Positions 1-11,961 of a stretch of DNA of 64,000 nucleotides are shown here, one piece after another (the stretch's first letter is position 1; each line of letters starts with the position of its first letter). The DNA lies in contig CP086569.2 of assembly GCA_009914755.4 (NCBI GenBank), forward strand, positions 20,512,001 through 20,576,000. The letters are read 5' to 3'. The translations under genes were made by a program, and so were the position numbers. Source of the stretch: the human T2T-CHM13v2.0 reference genome, Homo sapiens. Under the pieces are notes generated by a model. The model was not told where the DNA came from and searched no databases. It worked only from the letters and a program-made list of their open reading frames with translations.

Positions 1-124
1 TTCTGTTGTTTTTGGCATACTGTTTATGTTAGATACACTGTGTTACAATACAATATTACGAAGATCTGCATTGTATTTTGGAATTTGGTTTCCTTTCAGA
101 ATTATTGCTCTGGCTAGCATTGGA

Positions 125-143
125 AACAACAACAACAACAAAA
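125..143. repeat. (AAC)n microsatellite
   Basis: Direct read: caacaacaacaacaacaaa. Confidence 0.8.
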
Positions 144-721
144 CCCAAAGGAACCCTTTGCAGAAGATTCCCTTGTAAATGGCCCTGTGGCATGCCCAGT
201 ATCTGCAATGTTCTAGAATAGAAGTTGGCAAACCTCTCTGTTTGCCAAGCCTGCAGAGTTGAACATGTCCATAAATGTATACAATCTGACCCTGTTTTTT
301 GGCCCTGTTTCTGGACACTGTAGCTGACCAAGAAAATGTTTAAATGTTGCGATCAATTAAATTTTTTTGTTGTATCATTCTGGAGTTGTAATATGTATAG
401 TGGCAGGGGATTCCAAGCTATAGAAAAAACATGAGTCTAGAATGACAGAGTGTGTCATCTTCAAATGTGTATTAATATATTTCTTGATGATGAGACCAAT
501 ATTTCTAAGTTAATGGAACTATTTTATTACACCTGATAATCACAGTTCAATTCTTGTCTGTTGCAGAATTATCTACCTCTTTCAAACTGTAAATGAAAAT
601 AACTGTGAAAAAAAGGATGCAGTACTGATAAAAACACTGCTTTGTTTTTATCTCACCTCTTTTTTAAGGATATGATTTTATAAGAGGCAGTTCTCTTTTG
701 CTTTTCAAGACTTCTGTAGAG

Positions 722-766
722 TTTGTGTTTTTTGTTTTTGTTTTTGTTTTTGTTTTTGTTTTTTTA
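722..766. repeat. (GTTTT)n simple repeat
   Basis: Direct read: tttgtttttgtttttgtttttgtttttgtttttgttttttt, about 8 units. Confidence 0.85.
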
Positions 767-1310
767 CCTAATGTGAATCTTATTTTATCTACTCAACTTC
801 GTTCAGGTTAACTAAAGATATAGATATAATGGTTAATATAGTAGCCTCTGTGTATTCTTTATAATGAATGTCACCTCAACTGTGTAACAGTGAAGTTCAA
901 AAATAACTGTTGGAAAAAGTTACTATTTTTAAGGTCTTAAAAAACATAGTTAATTGCACAATTTAAAGATGCGTTACCATCTGGTTAGTTGGCAAAAATA
1001 ACTTCATTCAGTCAGATCTCTGTTAGCATGGCCACTCCCAAACCCCCATTCAAAATAGGTGACCTACCCCTTTTAAAGTGGGTTACTTTAAGATTTCTGT
1101 AGTTTAACTTCTGGCAAGGCTTTTAAGAATCACAGTATTCAAGAAATTTTCTACTATCAGTTAACCTTAGCCTATCCAAATTTACTGGGAACTGAATAGA
1201 TATAAATAGCAGGTGATACTTGTATAAAGAATTTCAGTGTCTTATTATTTAGTCATGGGTGAGCAAAAGTTAATATAACATTATGTAAACAATTAGATAG
1301 CTTTTACTTT

Positions 1311-1846
1311 CTAGACCAGGGGTTCCCAACCCCCAACTGGTAGTGATCATGGCCTGTTAGGAACCAGGATGCACAGCAGGAGGTGAGCAGCAAGTGGGCA
1401 AGTCAAGCTTCATCTTTATTACAGCCACTCCCCGTTGTGACATTACTGCCTGAACTCCACCTCCTGTAAGATCAACAGCAACATTAGATTCTCATTGGAG
1501 CACTAACCCTGTTGTGCCCTATGCATGTGAGTGATCTATCTTGCATGCTCCTTATAAGAATCTAATGCCTGATGATCTGTCCCCCAAGATGGGACTGTCT
1601 AGTTGCAGGAAAACAAGCTCACAGCTCCCACTGATTCTATATTATGGTGAGTTGTATAATTGTTTTATTATGTATTACAATGTAGTAATAATAGAAATAA
1701 AGTGCAAAATAAATATTATGCATTGAACCATTCCCAAACCATCCTCCTCCCTCCAGCCCCTCAACTGCCCTGTCTGTGGAAAAAATTGTCTTCTATGAAA
1801 CCTGTACCTGCATCCAGAAAAGTTGGGGACTGCTGTTCTAGACAAC
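1311..1846. mobile_element. Non-autonomous DNA transposon (MITE-like, about 535 bp) with terminal inverted repeats; family name not certain
   Basis: Left end TCTAGACCAGGGGTTCCCAAC; right end GTTGGGGACTGCTGTTCTAGA, which is its near-perfect reverse complement. The internal text (ggcctgttaggaaccaggatgcacagcaggaggtgagc ... cattagattctcattggagc ... ccttataagaatctaatgcctgatgatctg) matches a widespread mammalian interspersed repeat that I recognise but cannot name reliably. Confidence 0.55.
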
Positions 1847-2565
1847 ACTGAAGGAAAAGTTGAGGCACTTTTAAAAGAGATCAAGAAGTAATGTAATGGA
1901 AAATAGAAATAGGGAGAGCCAAGAATCAGTTTCTATTGAAACAGCCATTAAATAGGCAACAACATCAACTCTTTTGGAACTCTGGAATCTAATATAAACA
2001 GAGACCCCAGGGTACTACTTAGTTTAGAATGAAGAGACTGCTAAAGTTCTCTAAGGATTGTGGCATTTGACTACCTGCCTATTATCCTATATTGTCCACC
2101 TTGGCAATAGTTGTGGAGACAGCAGCCCCACATTACTGGTATAGCTTACTGGCTTTAACAATGTGAATGAAATAAGAACATAACTTGAAGTTAATTTTTT
2201 AAAAAAAGATATCAAAATTTGTGGGTGTAGTAAAAGGAAACTCAGAGCAATGAATATTTGTAAATACATTATAAGATAAGAAAGATCTTCAATTAATAAC
2301 ATGTTCATACCTTAAGGAAAAAGGAAAAAGCAAACTACTAGCTACCAGAGGAAGGAAATCAATATTAGGGTATAGATATGTGAAGCAGATAATATAAAAA
2401 TAATAGAATCTATGAAACCAATGGTTCCTTCTTGGAAAAAGATCAAAGTTGTCAAACCTTTAACTGAACTTCCCGAAAATGAAAGAAGATGTAAATAAGT
2501 AAAATTAGAAATGAAAGTCGGGACATTACTACTCCACAGTAAAAATGGCTATAAGAAAATACTAT

Positions 2566-2858
2566 GGAGCCAGGTGTGGTGGCTCACACCTGTAATGCTA
2601 GCACTTTGGTATGCTGAGGCAAGTGGATCGCTTGAGTTCAGGAGTTCAAGACCAGCCTGGGTAACATAGCAAATGCCTGTCTCTACAAAAAAATACAAAA
2701 TTAGCCAGTGGTAGTGGATGCCTGTAGTCCTAGCTACCTGGGTGGCTGAGGCAGAAGGATCCCCTGAGCCCAGGAGTTGGAGTCTACAGTGAGTTGTGAT
2801 CCTGACGGTGCACTCCAGCCTGGGCAACAGAGGGAGACACTGTCTCAAAACAGAAAAT
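2566..2858 (+). mobile_element. Alu (full length)
   Basis: ggagccaggtgtggtggctcacacctgtaatgctagcactttgg ... gcactccagcctgggcaacagagggagacactgtctcaaaa; dimeric structure with an A-rich tail. Confidence 0.9.
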
Positions 2859-2912
2859 ACTGTGAACAATTGTATGCCAACAAATTAGATAATTTTGATG
2901 AAATGTATACAT

Positions 2913-4300
2913 TCTTTTTTTATATACTTTAAGTCTGGGGTACATGTGCAGAATGTGCAGATTTGTTACATAGGTATACACATGGAATGGTGGTTTGCTG
3001 CACCCATCAACTGATCATCAACATTAGGTATTTCTCCTAAAGCTATCCGTCACCTAGCCCCCCACCCCACAACAGGCCCTGGTGTGTGATGTTACCCTCC
3101 CTGTGTCCATGTGTTCTCATTGTTCAACTCCCACTTATGAGTGAGAACCTCTTCCCCTTCCGCTTCCCTTCCCTCCCTTTTTATCTGAGGTGGAGTCTCA
3201 GTGTGTCACCAAGCAGGCACGATCTCATCTCACTGCAACCTCCACTTGAGTTCAAGCAATTCCTCTGTCTCAGCCTCCCAAGTGGCTGGGACTATAGGCC
3301 TGCATCACCATGCCCAGCTAATTTCTGTATTTGTAGTAGAGATAGGGTTTCACCATGTTGGTCAGGATGGTCTCGATCTCTTGACCACAGATGGTCCACT
3401 TGCCTCGGCCTCCCCAAATGCTGGAATTACAGGCATGAGCCACCAGGCCTGTCCTTGGTTTTCTGTTGTTGTGTTGGTTTGCTGAGAATGATGATTTCCA
3501 GCTTCATCCATGTCCTTACAAAGGACGTGAACTCATTCTTTTTCATGGCTGCATACTATTCCATGGTATATATGTACCACATTTTCTTTATCCAGTCTAT
3601 CACTGATGGGCATTTGGGTTGGTTCCAAGGCTTTGCTATTGCAAATAGGACTGCAATAAACATAAGTGTGCATGTGTCTTTATAGCAGAATGATTTATGA
3701 TCCTTTGGGAATATATCCAGTAATGGGATTGCTGGGTCAAATGGTATTTCTGCGTCTAGATCCTTGAGAAATTGCCAAACTGTCTTCCACAATGGTTGAA
3801 CTAATTTACACTCACACCAACAGCATAAAAGCATTTCTGTTTTTCAGTGGCTTCGCCAGCATCTGTTGTTTCCTGACTTTTTAATAATTGCCATTCTAAC
3901 TGGTGTGAGATGGTATCTCATTGTGTTTTTGATTTGCCTTTCTCTAATCGCCAGTGATGATGAGCTTTTTTTCTGTTTTTTGGCTGCATAAATGTCTTCT
4001 TTTGAGAAATATCTGTTCATGTCATTTGCTCACTTTTTGATGGCGTTGTTTGTTTTTTTTTAACTGTAAATTTGTTTAAGTTTCTTGTAGATTCTAGATA
4101 TTAGACTTGTTTGTCAAATGGGTAGCTTACAAAAGTTTTCTCCCATCCTGTACATTGCCTGTTCACTCTTATGATAGTTGCTTTCGCTGTGCCGAAGATC
4201 TGTTGTTCAGTTAGATTCCATTTGACAATTTTGGCTTTTGTCGCCATTGCTTTTGGTGTTTCAGACATGAGGTCTTTGCCCGTGCCTATGTCCTGAATGG
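2913..4300 (-). mobile_element. L1 (L1PA-like) 3' portion: ORF2 C-terminus plus 3'UTR, interrupted by a nested Alu
   Basis: Reverse complement of the L1 3' end (tttatatactttaagtctggggtacatgtgcagaatgtgcagatttgttacataggtatacacatgg) at 2913. It continues with ccatggtatatatgtaccacattttctttatccagtctatcactgatgggcatttgggttggttccaag. Track ORFs 3556-3834(-) and 4101-4403(-) are L1 ORF2 C-terminal peptides (for example KMWYIYTME). Confidence 0.85.
3150..3452 (-). mobile_element. Alu nested in L1
   Basis: gaggtggagtctcagtgtgtcaccaagcaggcacgatctcatctcactgcaacctcc ... gcctccccaaatgctggaattacaggcatgagccaccaggcctg. The L1 text resumes on both sides, and a pyrimidine-rich tail remnant sits at 3150-3183. 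Confidence 0.85.
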
Positions 4301-4510
4301 TATGTGCCAAATTTTCTTTATCCAGTCTATCATTGATGGGCCCTTGGGTTGGTTCCAAGTATTTGCTATTGTAAACAGTGCCACAATAAACATACATGTG
4401 CATGTGTCTTTATAGTAGCATAATTTATAAACCTTCGGTTATATACCCAGTAATGGGATTGCTATGTCAAATGATATTTCTAGTTCTAGATCCTTGAGGA
4501 ATCGCCACAT
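4300..4510 (-). mobile_element. Second copy of an L1 ORF2 segment (duplicate of 3575-3790)
   Basis: 4300-4510 (ttttctttatccagtctatcattgatgggcccttgggttggttccaag ... gatccttgaggaatcgccacat) repeats 3575-3790 of the same L1, so this is a partial tandem duplication or a second L1 fragment. Confidence 0.6.
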
Positions 4511-4585
4511 GATCTAGCACAGAAAATCTGGAACAGAGCTATAAGAAACAGACTGAATCAGTAATCAAAACACTCACACTTCTGG

Positions 4586-4750
4586 GCCCCGGGGCTCATG
4601 TTTATAATTCCAGCCTTTTCAGAGGCTGAGGTGGGTAGATCTCTTCAGCGTGGGAGGATGAGGCAGCAGTGAGCTGAGATGACAGCACTGCACTCCAGCC
4701 TGGATAACAGAGTGAGACCCTTTCTCACAAAAATACACACACAAAAAACA
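4586..4750 (+). mobile_element. Alu, internally deleted (left-arm start joined to right-arm end)
   Basis: ggccccggggctcatgtttataattccagccttttcagaggctgaggtgggtag ... cagtgagctgagatgacagcactgcactccagcctggataacagagtgagaccctttctcacaaaaa. Confidence 0.7.
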
Positions 4751-4997
4751 AAAAATACTCCTTACACAAACTAAGACCTGATAGCTTCAATGTCCAAAAA
4801 ATGGAAAAAGAGTGAACACTTCCAACCTCATTCTATAAAACACTACTCTGATAAAAACAATCTTCATGATCATATAGACTGATACAGAAAAGTCATTTTA
4901 AAGTACCATCCTTCCATGACTAAAAACACTCAAAAACTAGAAATAAGGGGAACATAGGAACTTTCTTAACATGATAAAGGACTTCCTCAAACAAGCC

Positions 4998-5186
4998 ACA
5001 CTGCAGCCTTGACCTCCTGGGCTCAAAAAATCCACCTGCCTCAGCCTCTCATGTAACTGGGACTACAGGCATGCACCACCATGACTGGCTTTCATTTTGT
5101 TGCCCAGGCTTGTCTCAAACTCCTGTAATCAAGTGACACTCCTACCTCAGCCTCCCCAAATCCTGGGATTGTAGACCTGAGCCACC
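4998..5186 (-). mobile_element. Alu, partial
   Basis: cactgcagccttgacctcctgggctcaaaaaatccacctgcctcagcctc ... cccaaatcctgggattgtagacctgagccaccatgcttggc. Confidence 0.8.
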
Positions 5187-7544
5187 ATGCTTGGCTAAGA
5201 GCATTTAGAAAACACAATTAACATTTAAGTTATTACTAACTATAGGCACCTTGTGAATTGCATGCCTATATCAAAACATCTCATGTACCCCCCATAAATA
5301 TATATACCTACTACGCAATAACAAAAAAAATGTAAAAACCACAATTAAAGTACTTGAACAACAGTCTTCCCCTGAGGTTAAGAACAAGAAAAGTCTCTTA
5401 TTTTTTAGTATTTTATTGATTTTCAAGGTTTTAAAAATCACACAAACACTACATGATTTTATAAGAATTACCATTACTGCAATAAGTGAAAAATGTAACT
5501 AACAAAATTGTTATCATTCTCCTGTCCTCACCCTCTCAGTCCCCAGAGGAGCCTCCTGTAAAGGATACCCATTTTTACTTTTTATAAGACATACAGTATT
5601 TTATGAGTATTTTACGAGACTTACAAGCCATAAGAGTTAGGCCAGGAAAAGACATGACATTACCATATAACAGGTATTTGTGTCTTTATATACCAGCAAT
5701 GAAATTGGTGAAAGTTTTCAAAATTGAAAATTTAGAAAATAATTTTAATTACAATGTTTTGAGAGTAACATATACTCAAATTTATTGAGAGGTAAATTAC
5801 TTGTACACAGAAAACTACAAAATAGTGCTGAAAATAATTAAAGAAGTTCTTAAGTAAATAGAAAGATATGCCATATTCATAAAATATGTTATTAAAAGTC
5901 TAAAGGCTTTTAATGCAAAAATGGAAAAGCCCATCCTCAGAATTATATAGAATTGCAAGGAATCCCAAATAATCAAGTTGAAAGACTCACACTGCTTGAT
6001 TTCAACACCTACAATAAGCCAGTAATTGAAATAGTGCAATAGAATAAAAATAGTCATATAAATCAATTTAATAGAATTGATAATTAAGGACAAACTTGTC
6101 TCTCTATGCCTAATTGATTTTCAACAAAGGTGCCTAAGATAATTTGATTGGGCTTTGGCACTTCTAGAAATGGTGCTGGAAGAAAAGAAGAGCTCTATGT
6201 AAAAGAATGACATCATGCTTGTTTCTTATATAATTAAGATGGCTCAAAAACCTAGATGCAACAGCTAAAACTATACAATTTAGAATTAAACATAGGAAAC
6301 TACTTGAATAAAATCTTTATGTCCTTGAGTTTGGCATTAAATTCTTAGTTATGACACCAAAAGCATGAGCAAATAATAATAATAATAAAATTGGACCTCA
6401 AAATTAAAAAGTTTATTGCATCAAAAAATTAGAAAGTAAGTAGATAAATATTTGTAAATATTTTGTCTCATTTTATAGATTTATGTCTCATAAAATATGT
6501 CTCCTCTATAAAATTAGACAATATTTCTGTGTTATGTATGTAATAAGAATATGGTATATATATAAAAAAACAACAAAAACCAAATTGGAAAAAATAACTT
6601 GAAAGATTTCTGCATAAAATCTGCATGAAAAGATGTTCAATGTTAGTAATCATTAGGAAAATGCAAATGAAAATAATATTTTTATTAATATTTTATTTCT
6701 TGCAAAGACAATCAAGAACTGCTCAAGAGAACAAACATAAAAGTTATTCTTGAATATTTGCAAACAAGAATTTTAAGAAAATAAGGACCTTAATGGTTAA
6801 CTTAATGGGGAATTTCCTGCTACTTGCATTTTTAAGATAGATACATTTCTTAAGCGACAATTTGTTCCTTAATAGCTAAAATATTATACAAGAAAGTAGC
6901 TCATTTAAAAGTGCTGGAATTAGGGTTTAATGAATGATATGCCTTATTTCTCACTTGCATTTTGCACTTGAAAAATCAAGCTTTCATGTAGAATTACATT
7001 CAATGGAGGATATTTTAAAAGTAGTCCCCAACTCTGCAACAATATTTTCAAGGAAGTCAAGTCATTCCAAACACTGAGAAATAATTCCTTGTACTTTAGG
7101 TTGAAGACATTTGATACCCCGGTTCCAATCCTCTGATGTCTGGCTCTTCATCTTTGTAAATATTTTCAGCCTAGAGATAATAAAATTAATTCAAGAGTAA
7201 TGTGGTTTGAATGTTTGTCCAGATTAAATACAGCATATAACAACTGTGTATAATCGTATTTTTGATTAGTTGTTCCAAAATTATTTGGTTAATTATTCAC
7301 TAAAATTTATTCAAAAATGATGCTAGCATTGGAAATTTGGTTTGGACTTTTGGACTTATTTGGAGGGGAATGTATTTACTCATTTCACTTCTCTGTTTTT
7401 CTCCCAGCACTTCAATAACTTCATGAGAAAAAGGCAAGGCAGGTATCTTCAAAAGTTATTTGCAAGTGTATAATAACATATATATCAGCAACCCATGCAC
7501 TACTTTCATTTGTTATTCATACAACATTTTGAAAAAGCATTTTC

Positions 7545-8136
7545 AGGAGGGAGGAGCCAAGATGTCTGAATAAGGAACAGCTCTGGGCTACCGCTCCCAA
7601 CGTGAGCGACACAGAAGACGGGTGATTTCTATATTTCCAACTGAGGGAGGTACCGGGTTCATCTCACTGGGGAGTGCCAGACAGTAGGTGCAGGACAGTG
7701 GGTACTGTGCACTGTGCGTGAGCCAAAGCAGGGTGAGGCATCGCCTCACCTGGGAAGCACAACGGGTCAGGGAATTCCCTTTCCTAGTCAAAGAAAGTGG
7801 TGACAGACAGCACCTAGAAAATTGGGTCACTCCCACCCTAATACTGCGCTTTTCCAACAGGCTTAAAAAACAGCGCACCAGGAGATTATATCCCGCACCT
7901 GGCTTGGAGGGTCCTACCCCACAGAGCATCGCTCATTGCTAACACAGCAGTCGGAGATCAAACTGCAAGGCGGCAGCCAGGCTAGGGGAGGGGTGCCAGC
8001 CATTGCCGAGTTCGTTGTGTGATTAGGTAAACAAAGCAGTGGGAAGCTCGAACTGGGTGGAGCCCACCACAGCTCAAAGAGGCCTGCCTGCCTCTGTAGG
8101 CTCCACCTCTTGGGGGCAGGGCACAGACAAACAAAA
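7545..8136 (+). mobile_element. L1 5'UTR fragment only (L1PA-type), cut off after about 590 bp
   Basis: ggagggaggagccaagatgtctgaataaggaacagctctgggctaccgctcccaacgtgagcgacacagaagacgggtgatttc ... ggcagggcacagacaaacaaaa aligns with the L1 5'UTR consensus, with many CpG to TpG/CpA changes. The sequence diverges into non-L1 text at about 8137. Confidence 0.85.
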
Positions 8137-8149
8137 TGGCAATTACCTG

Positions 8150-9150
8150 ATGACCCAAAAGTTACTACCCTTGAGTTCTTTTCTGGGCAAAGCAAAGAAC
8201 ACTCCCAGACTAAGCCCCAATTTGGGGCTCACCTGCATTGTATCAGTTTGGTGTCCAACATGGGACAAAGAAGAATATGACAGTGTGAAAGTTGGTGATG
8301 GCGTCATCAGTGAGGTGATGTCAAGAGAAGACAAATTTGTGAGAGTAAGGCAATCAGTGAGACTATGAGAAGAAAAACAGTGAGATGTGGTGAAGCAATT
8401 GGTGATTGAGTCTCCAAAAGCTCTCTGTTAACACTTAAAACCTGTAACAAAAACCAAAGGCTCTTTGTAGAACAATCATTTTCCCTGGCAGGCAGCAGAG
8501 CCAAGTGGACAGGCATAGTGCTGCTGTCTCTGGTGAGACAGGAACAATGCTGCTACCTCATGTGGGACCCACTGCTCTAACTGGCAGGCTTCTGGGTTAC
8601 CAGTCCTCATACTGGCCCCTCCTTCAGTGGCACCTGTTCCCACTCAGTTTTTTATTTAGAAAATTCCCAAACTTCATTATTGGTGGCCTATAATGAAGCT
8701 GAGGGATCCTGGAGAGACCTTAACCCAGGTTCCACATAGATCAGTCAGTACCATCTTGGCTTCTGTGGATGGATAAGTATTCTTTCTGCATGCCACCCCC
8801 TCTATAGTATCGACATAACTACAGAATAAAAGCCTTTGGTTAAGTGGTCAGTTAGAAGTTCCTCATCATTAGAGTGCCCCGGAGTATACCTCTGTCACCT
8901 CTTCCCCATAATCCTTTCTTCTCTGACTCCATTTTATTGTTTCCTTAGACATTTTATTTTCAGTTCTAAAATGGATATTTTCTTTGCAATGTTATATTTG
9001 CTTTTGACATTCTGTTAACTGTTTGTGCAAGTGTCCAAGGCAAGACACTTGGTTGTATGAGGTCCCCTATTGTTTTGACTCTGGGATGCCAGAGTCATGT
9101 TGTTCAGTGACCCCAACTTGGTCTTGGGTTCACTGTTTGCTACCCCACTG
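8150..9150 (+). mobile_element. Putative 5' LTR of the downstream class I ERV (boundaries uncertain)
   Basis: Lies immediately upstream of the ERV gag region and starts with TG at about 8150. A retroviral R-region-like poly(A) signal (aataaaagcctttgg, 8825-8839) resembles the gammaretroviral CAATAAAGCCTCTTG. I could not find a clean primer-binding site; the candidate ctggtgcccc at 9143 is a weak match. Confidence 0.3.
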
Positions 9151-11439
9151 GTGCCCCAGAGTTCTTGGCATTTGGGGACACACCTTGGCAGAAATTCAGG
9201 CTCTGTGTTTTCAGTTTTGATATTGGTTGCCCTCTCACATGCCCTGGGATTTTCAGCATTGACATTCCATGTAGGATTGTGAGTTTTGTAGACATTGTTT
9301 GGGGGAATATTGATCTCATCTTTTTCTTTCTGAAGTTAGAAGTTATTTTTATAAAAGCCAGTTGCAGGCCCCTTTTTGTTTGCTTACTGCTGTCTTTCTC
9401 AAACCCCTCGTGGTCAAAGGCATTGGGAGTTTCCAGTTCCCTTGCCTGATGTATGGTTACCTACAGTGGTATACAAGTGGCCATCTGAATATTTTTATGG
9501 TATCTCTGCTATAGGGTAGATTCACTGGCAAGTATGTAGATTTGCTGGCAAGTATGGGCCTTTGAGATCTTCCCCTGGGCAACACTGTTTACTCTTGTCT
9601 TCCTCCCTTCTTCAGTCACATTTGTTTAGCCATGCTCTCTGCCCAACCCTTGCTCTCTGTGGAATTTAGGTTCAACATCCAATTGCCCATTAGTAGCTCA
9701 TAGTCCACTTTCATGATGCCTTGCTGTGTATATTTTGTGGAAAGTGGGAATTTAAAAGGAAAAAGTAATGAAATATTTGCTAAAGAGAAGCTAACTAAAA
9801 CCCCCTGTAGATCTTTACAGGTGATCTGTAAGAGATTCTTACTAGACATAGGACCGACAGCAACCATCCTGAAGAACTTGGCACTAGAGTGTTCTTTAGA
9901 CAAATGGAGTAAATGCAAATTATTAGATAAGTTGAAAACGAAAAATCCCATTTACTATTTCAATAACGTTTGGGTTCAGTACAAAATTGCAATCCAACAG
10001 ATTTGGCCTAGGCATGGTTCTTTATATTATAATGATATTGTACAATCATATTTGCTTTGTAGAAAGGAGATAAGATGGGAAGAACTTTATTATGTGCAGG
10101 CTTTTTGGCCCTCTATCGGGATCTTAACCTAAGGGCTCGCTGTAGAATGTGTCTGGCTTGTGATACTCTCAGACATCCAGAAGCTGCATTAGATATGCTA
10201 CAGGACCTCCTAGTAGCTGCTCCCCTGGTATGTGTATGATCTTCCCTTCAGAGTCTCCTCAGTGCCCTAGTTCTGAGGGAGCACACTAGTTATTAAGTGC
10301 AGAATTTCACCACAAGGTCATAAGTCACTCCTTCACCTTATCCAACAAGCCCTGGCCTATATCCTCCACTGTCTAATGAAGTAAGCCCAACCAGTACTGC
10401 CAGGATTGAGGTCCCACATTAGTCCCCAAAATCAAACTTGTGTCTATTGTGGGAAGTAACTGATGGAGATAGATGAACAATAGAAGTATATGTGCTTTTT
10501 TTCATGTCTGATCTGGCTGTATGCAAGGAATAAATTGCTCAGTTTTCAGAGGATTTAGGGAATTTTGTAGAGGAGTTTGTGAAGTTGACAATATCCTCTA
10601 TTTAATTGGCTTGGCATGCAAATATTATTATCCACTGGTACTGTAGATGAATAACAAAGAATTCCAGGTACTACTTATAAACATACATACAGAATGGCTG
10701 TGTGTATCCCAGGCCATGCCATTTATCATGTAGCAGGAGAGGCAGTTCCAGATCTAGACCTAAGTGGGATTACCAGTAAAGATTTCAAGATCTCAAATGC
10801 AGAAATCACATACTAACTTGTTTAGTTATAAGACAATGTGTGCGATTAATTCAGTTAATTATGATAAAGTAAGAAAAATAACTCAGGAAAAAGAGGAAAA
10901 TCCCAGTCTAATTCAGGGCTTTTTGGTTGAGGCAGTCAGGAAATATACCAATATAGACCCTGACTCCCTGGAAGTGTGAGCTCTTCTGGGGGTGCATTTT
11001 ATTACTCAGTCTGCCCCCTGACATTTGGATAAAGCAAGAAGTAGCAATTTGACCCTAACACCCCTGAGACACTCCTAGGCATTGCCTTTGGGTTTGCAAA
11101 AATAGGGATAGGGCAGAGGAAGAGGCAAAAATCAAAAGAACTGTCTAGACAGCACAACTGTTACTGGCAACTTTAGGCCCACTCCTGCCTCAGAGTTACC
11201 CTCCTCAAAGAAATGTGTGACATTGGCATCTAGGGTGCTCAGATGAGAGTCCCTCACTTACCAGCCTCTAGGTCAAAAACAGCACTTGTCTTCTGTTTGC
11301 AAGAAGGTCACTGGAAGGATTGCACCAGGATAAAAAGGGAGTTTGAGACATTCAGACTCATAATGGCCAAAAAAGTAGAGAACCTATAAGGCCTAACATT
11401 CTCTATATCTCCCACTGGACAACTTACCATCTCCACAGA

Positions 11440-11930
11440 GGAGCCTCAAGTAACCCTTGATATAGCAGACAAAAATATTGAGTTCTTATTGGACACAGGA
11501 GATGCCTACTCAGTTTTAACCCATTTCCCAGGGCTACTGTTTTCCCACTCCTGTACAGTAACAGGAACTGATGGCCAGCCAAGAATGAAGAGATTCACCC
11601 ACCCACTTTGTTGCTTTGTAAAGGACCATATATTTTGCCATAGGTTTTTAATATTATACCTGAGTGTTTTATCCTATTATGAGAGACCTGTTTTCCAAGT
11701 TACACATCACAGCTCACTTTAAAGTGCTCTGTGAGAGGGCAACAGGCCAGAAGGAACAGTTCTCCTAGCTTCAAATACTTGCCTTTACACAGATATGGAG
11801 AAGAACTGCCTTCCATGACATATTGCTTCTCTAGTAGACCCCTCTGTTTGAGACATGGAAGTTTCTAGTACAACTGTTAATGTACCCCCAGTCCAGACTG
11901 TCCTAAAACCCAGTGTTAATTACCCGTGGG

Positions 11931-11961
<31 letters not shown>

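Noticed and set aside
3086-3685. 199-aa ORF on the plus strand
   Set aside because: It reads through the antisense of an L1 ORF2 C-terminus and a nested Alu (…[40 protein letters not shown]… is Alu translated). It is an artefact of repeat sequence, not a gene.
5200-7540. Long repeat-poor stretch that might hold an exon (likewise 57810-59980 and 33200-34550)
   Set aside because: There are no convincing splice-site-flanked ORFs, no CpG island, and no codon-usage signal I can assess by eye. A cross-species conservation or RNA-seq track would be needed, so nothing is called.
9143-9160. ctggtgccccagagttc as the ERV tRNA primer-binding site
   Set aside because: It matches known PBS sequences (His, Phe, Thr) at only about 9-10 of 17 positions, too weak to call. 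The LTR/PBS boundary of the plus-strand ERV remains unresolved.
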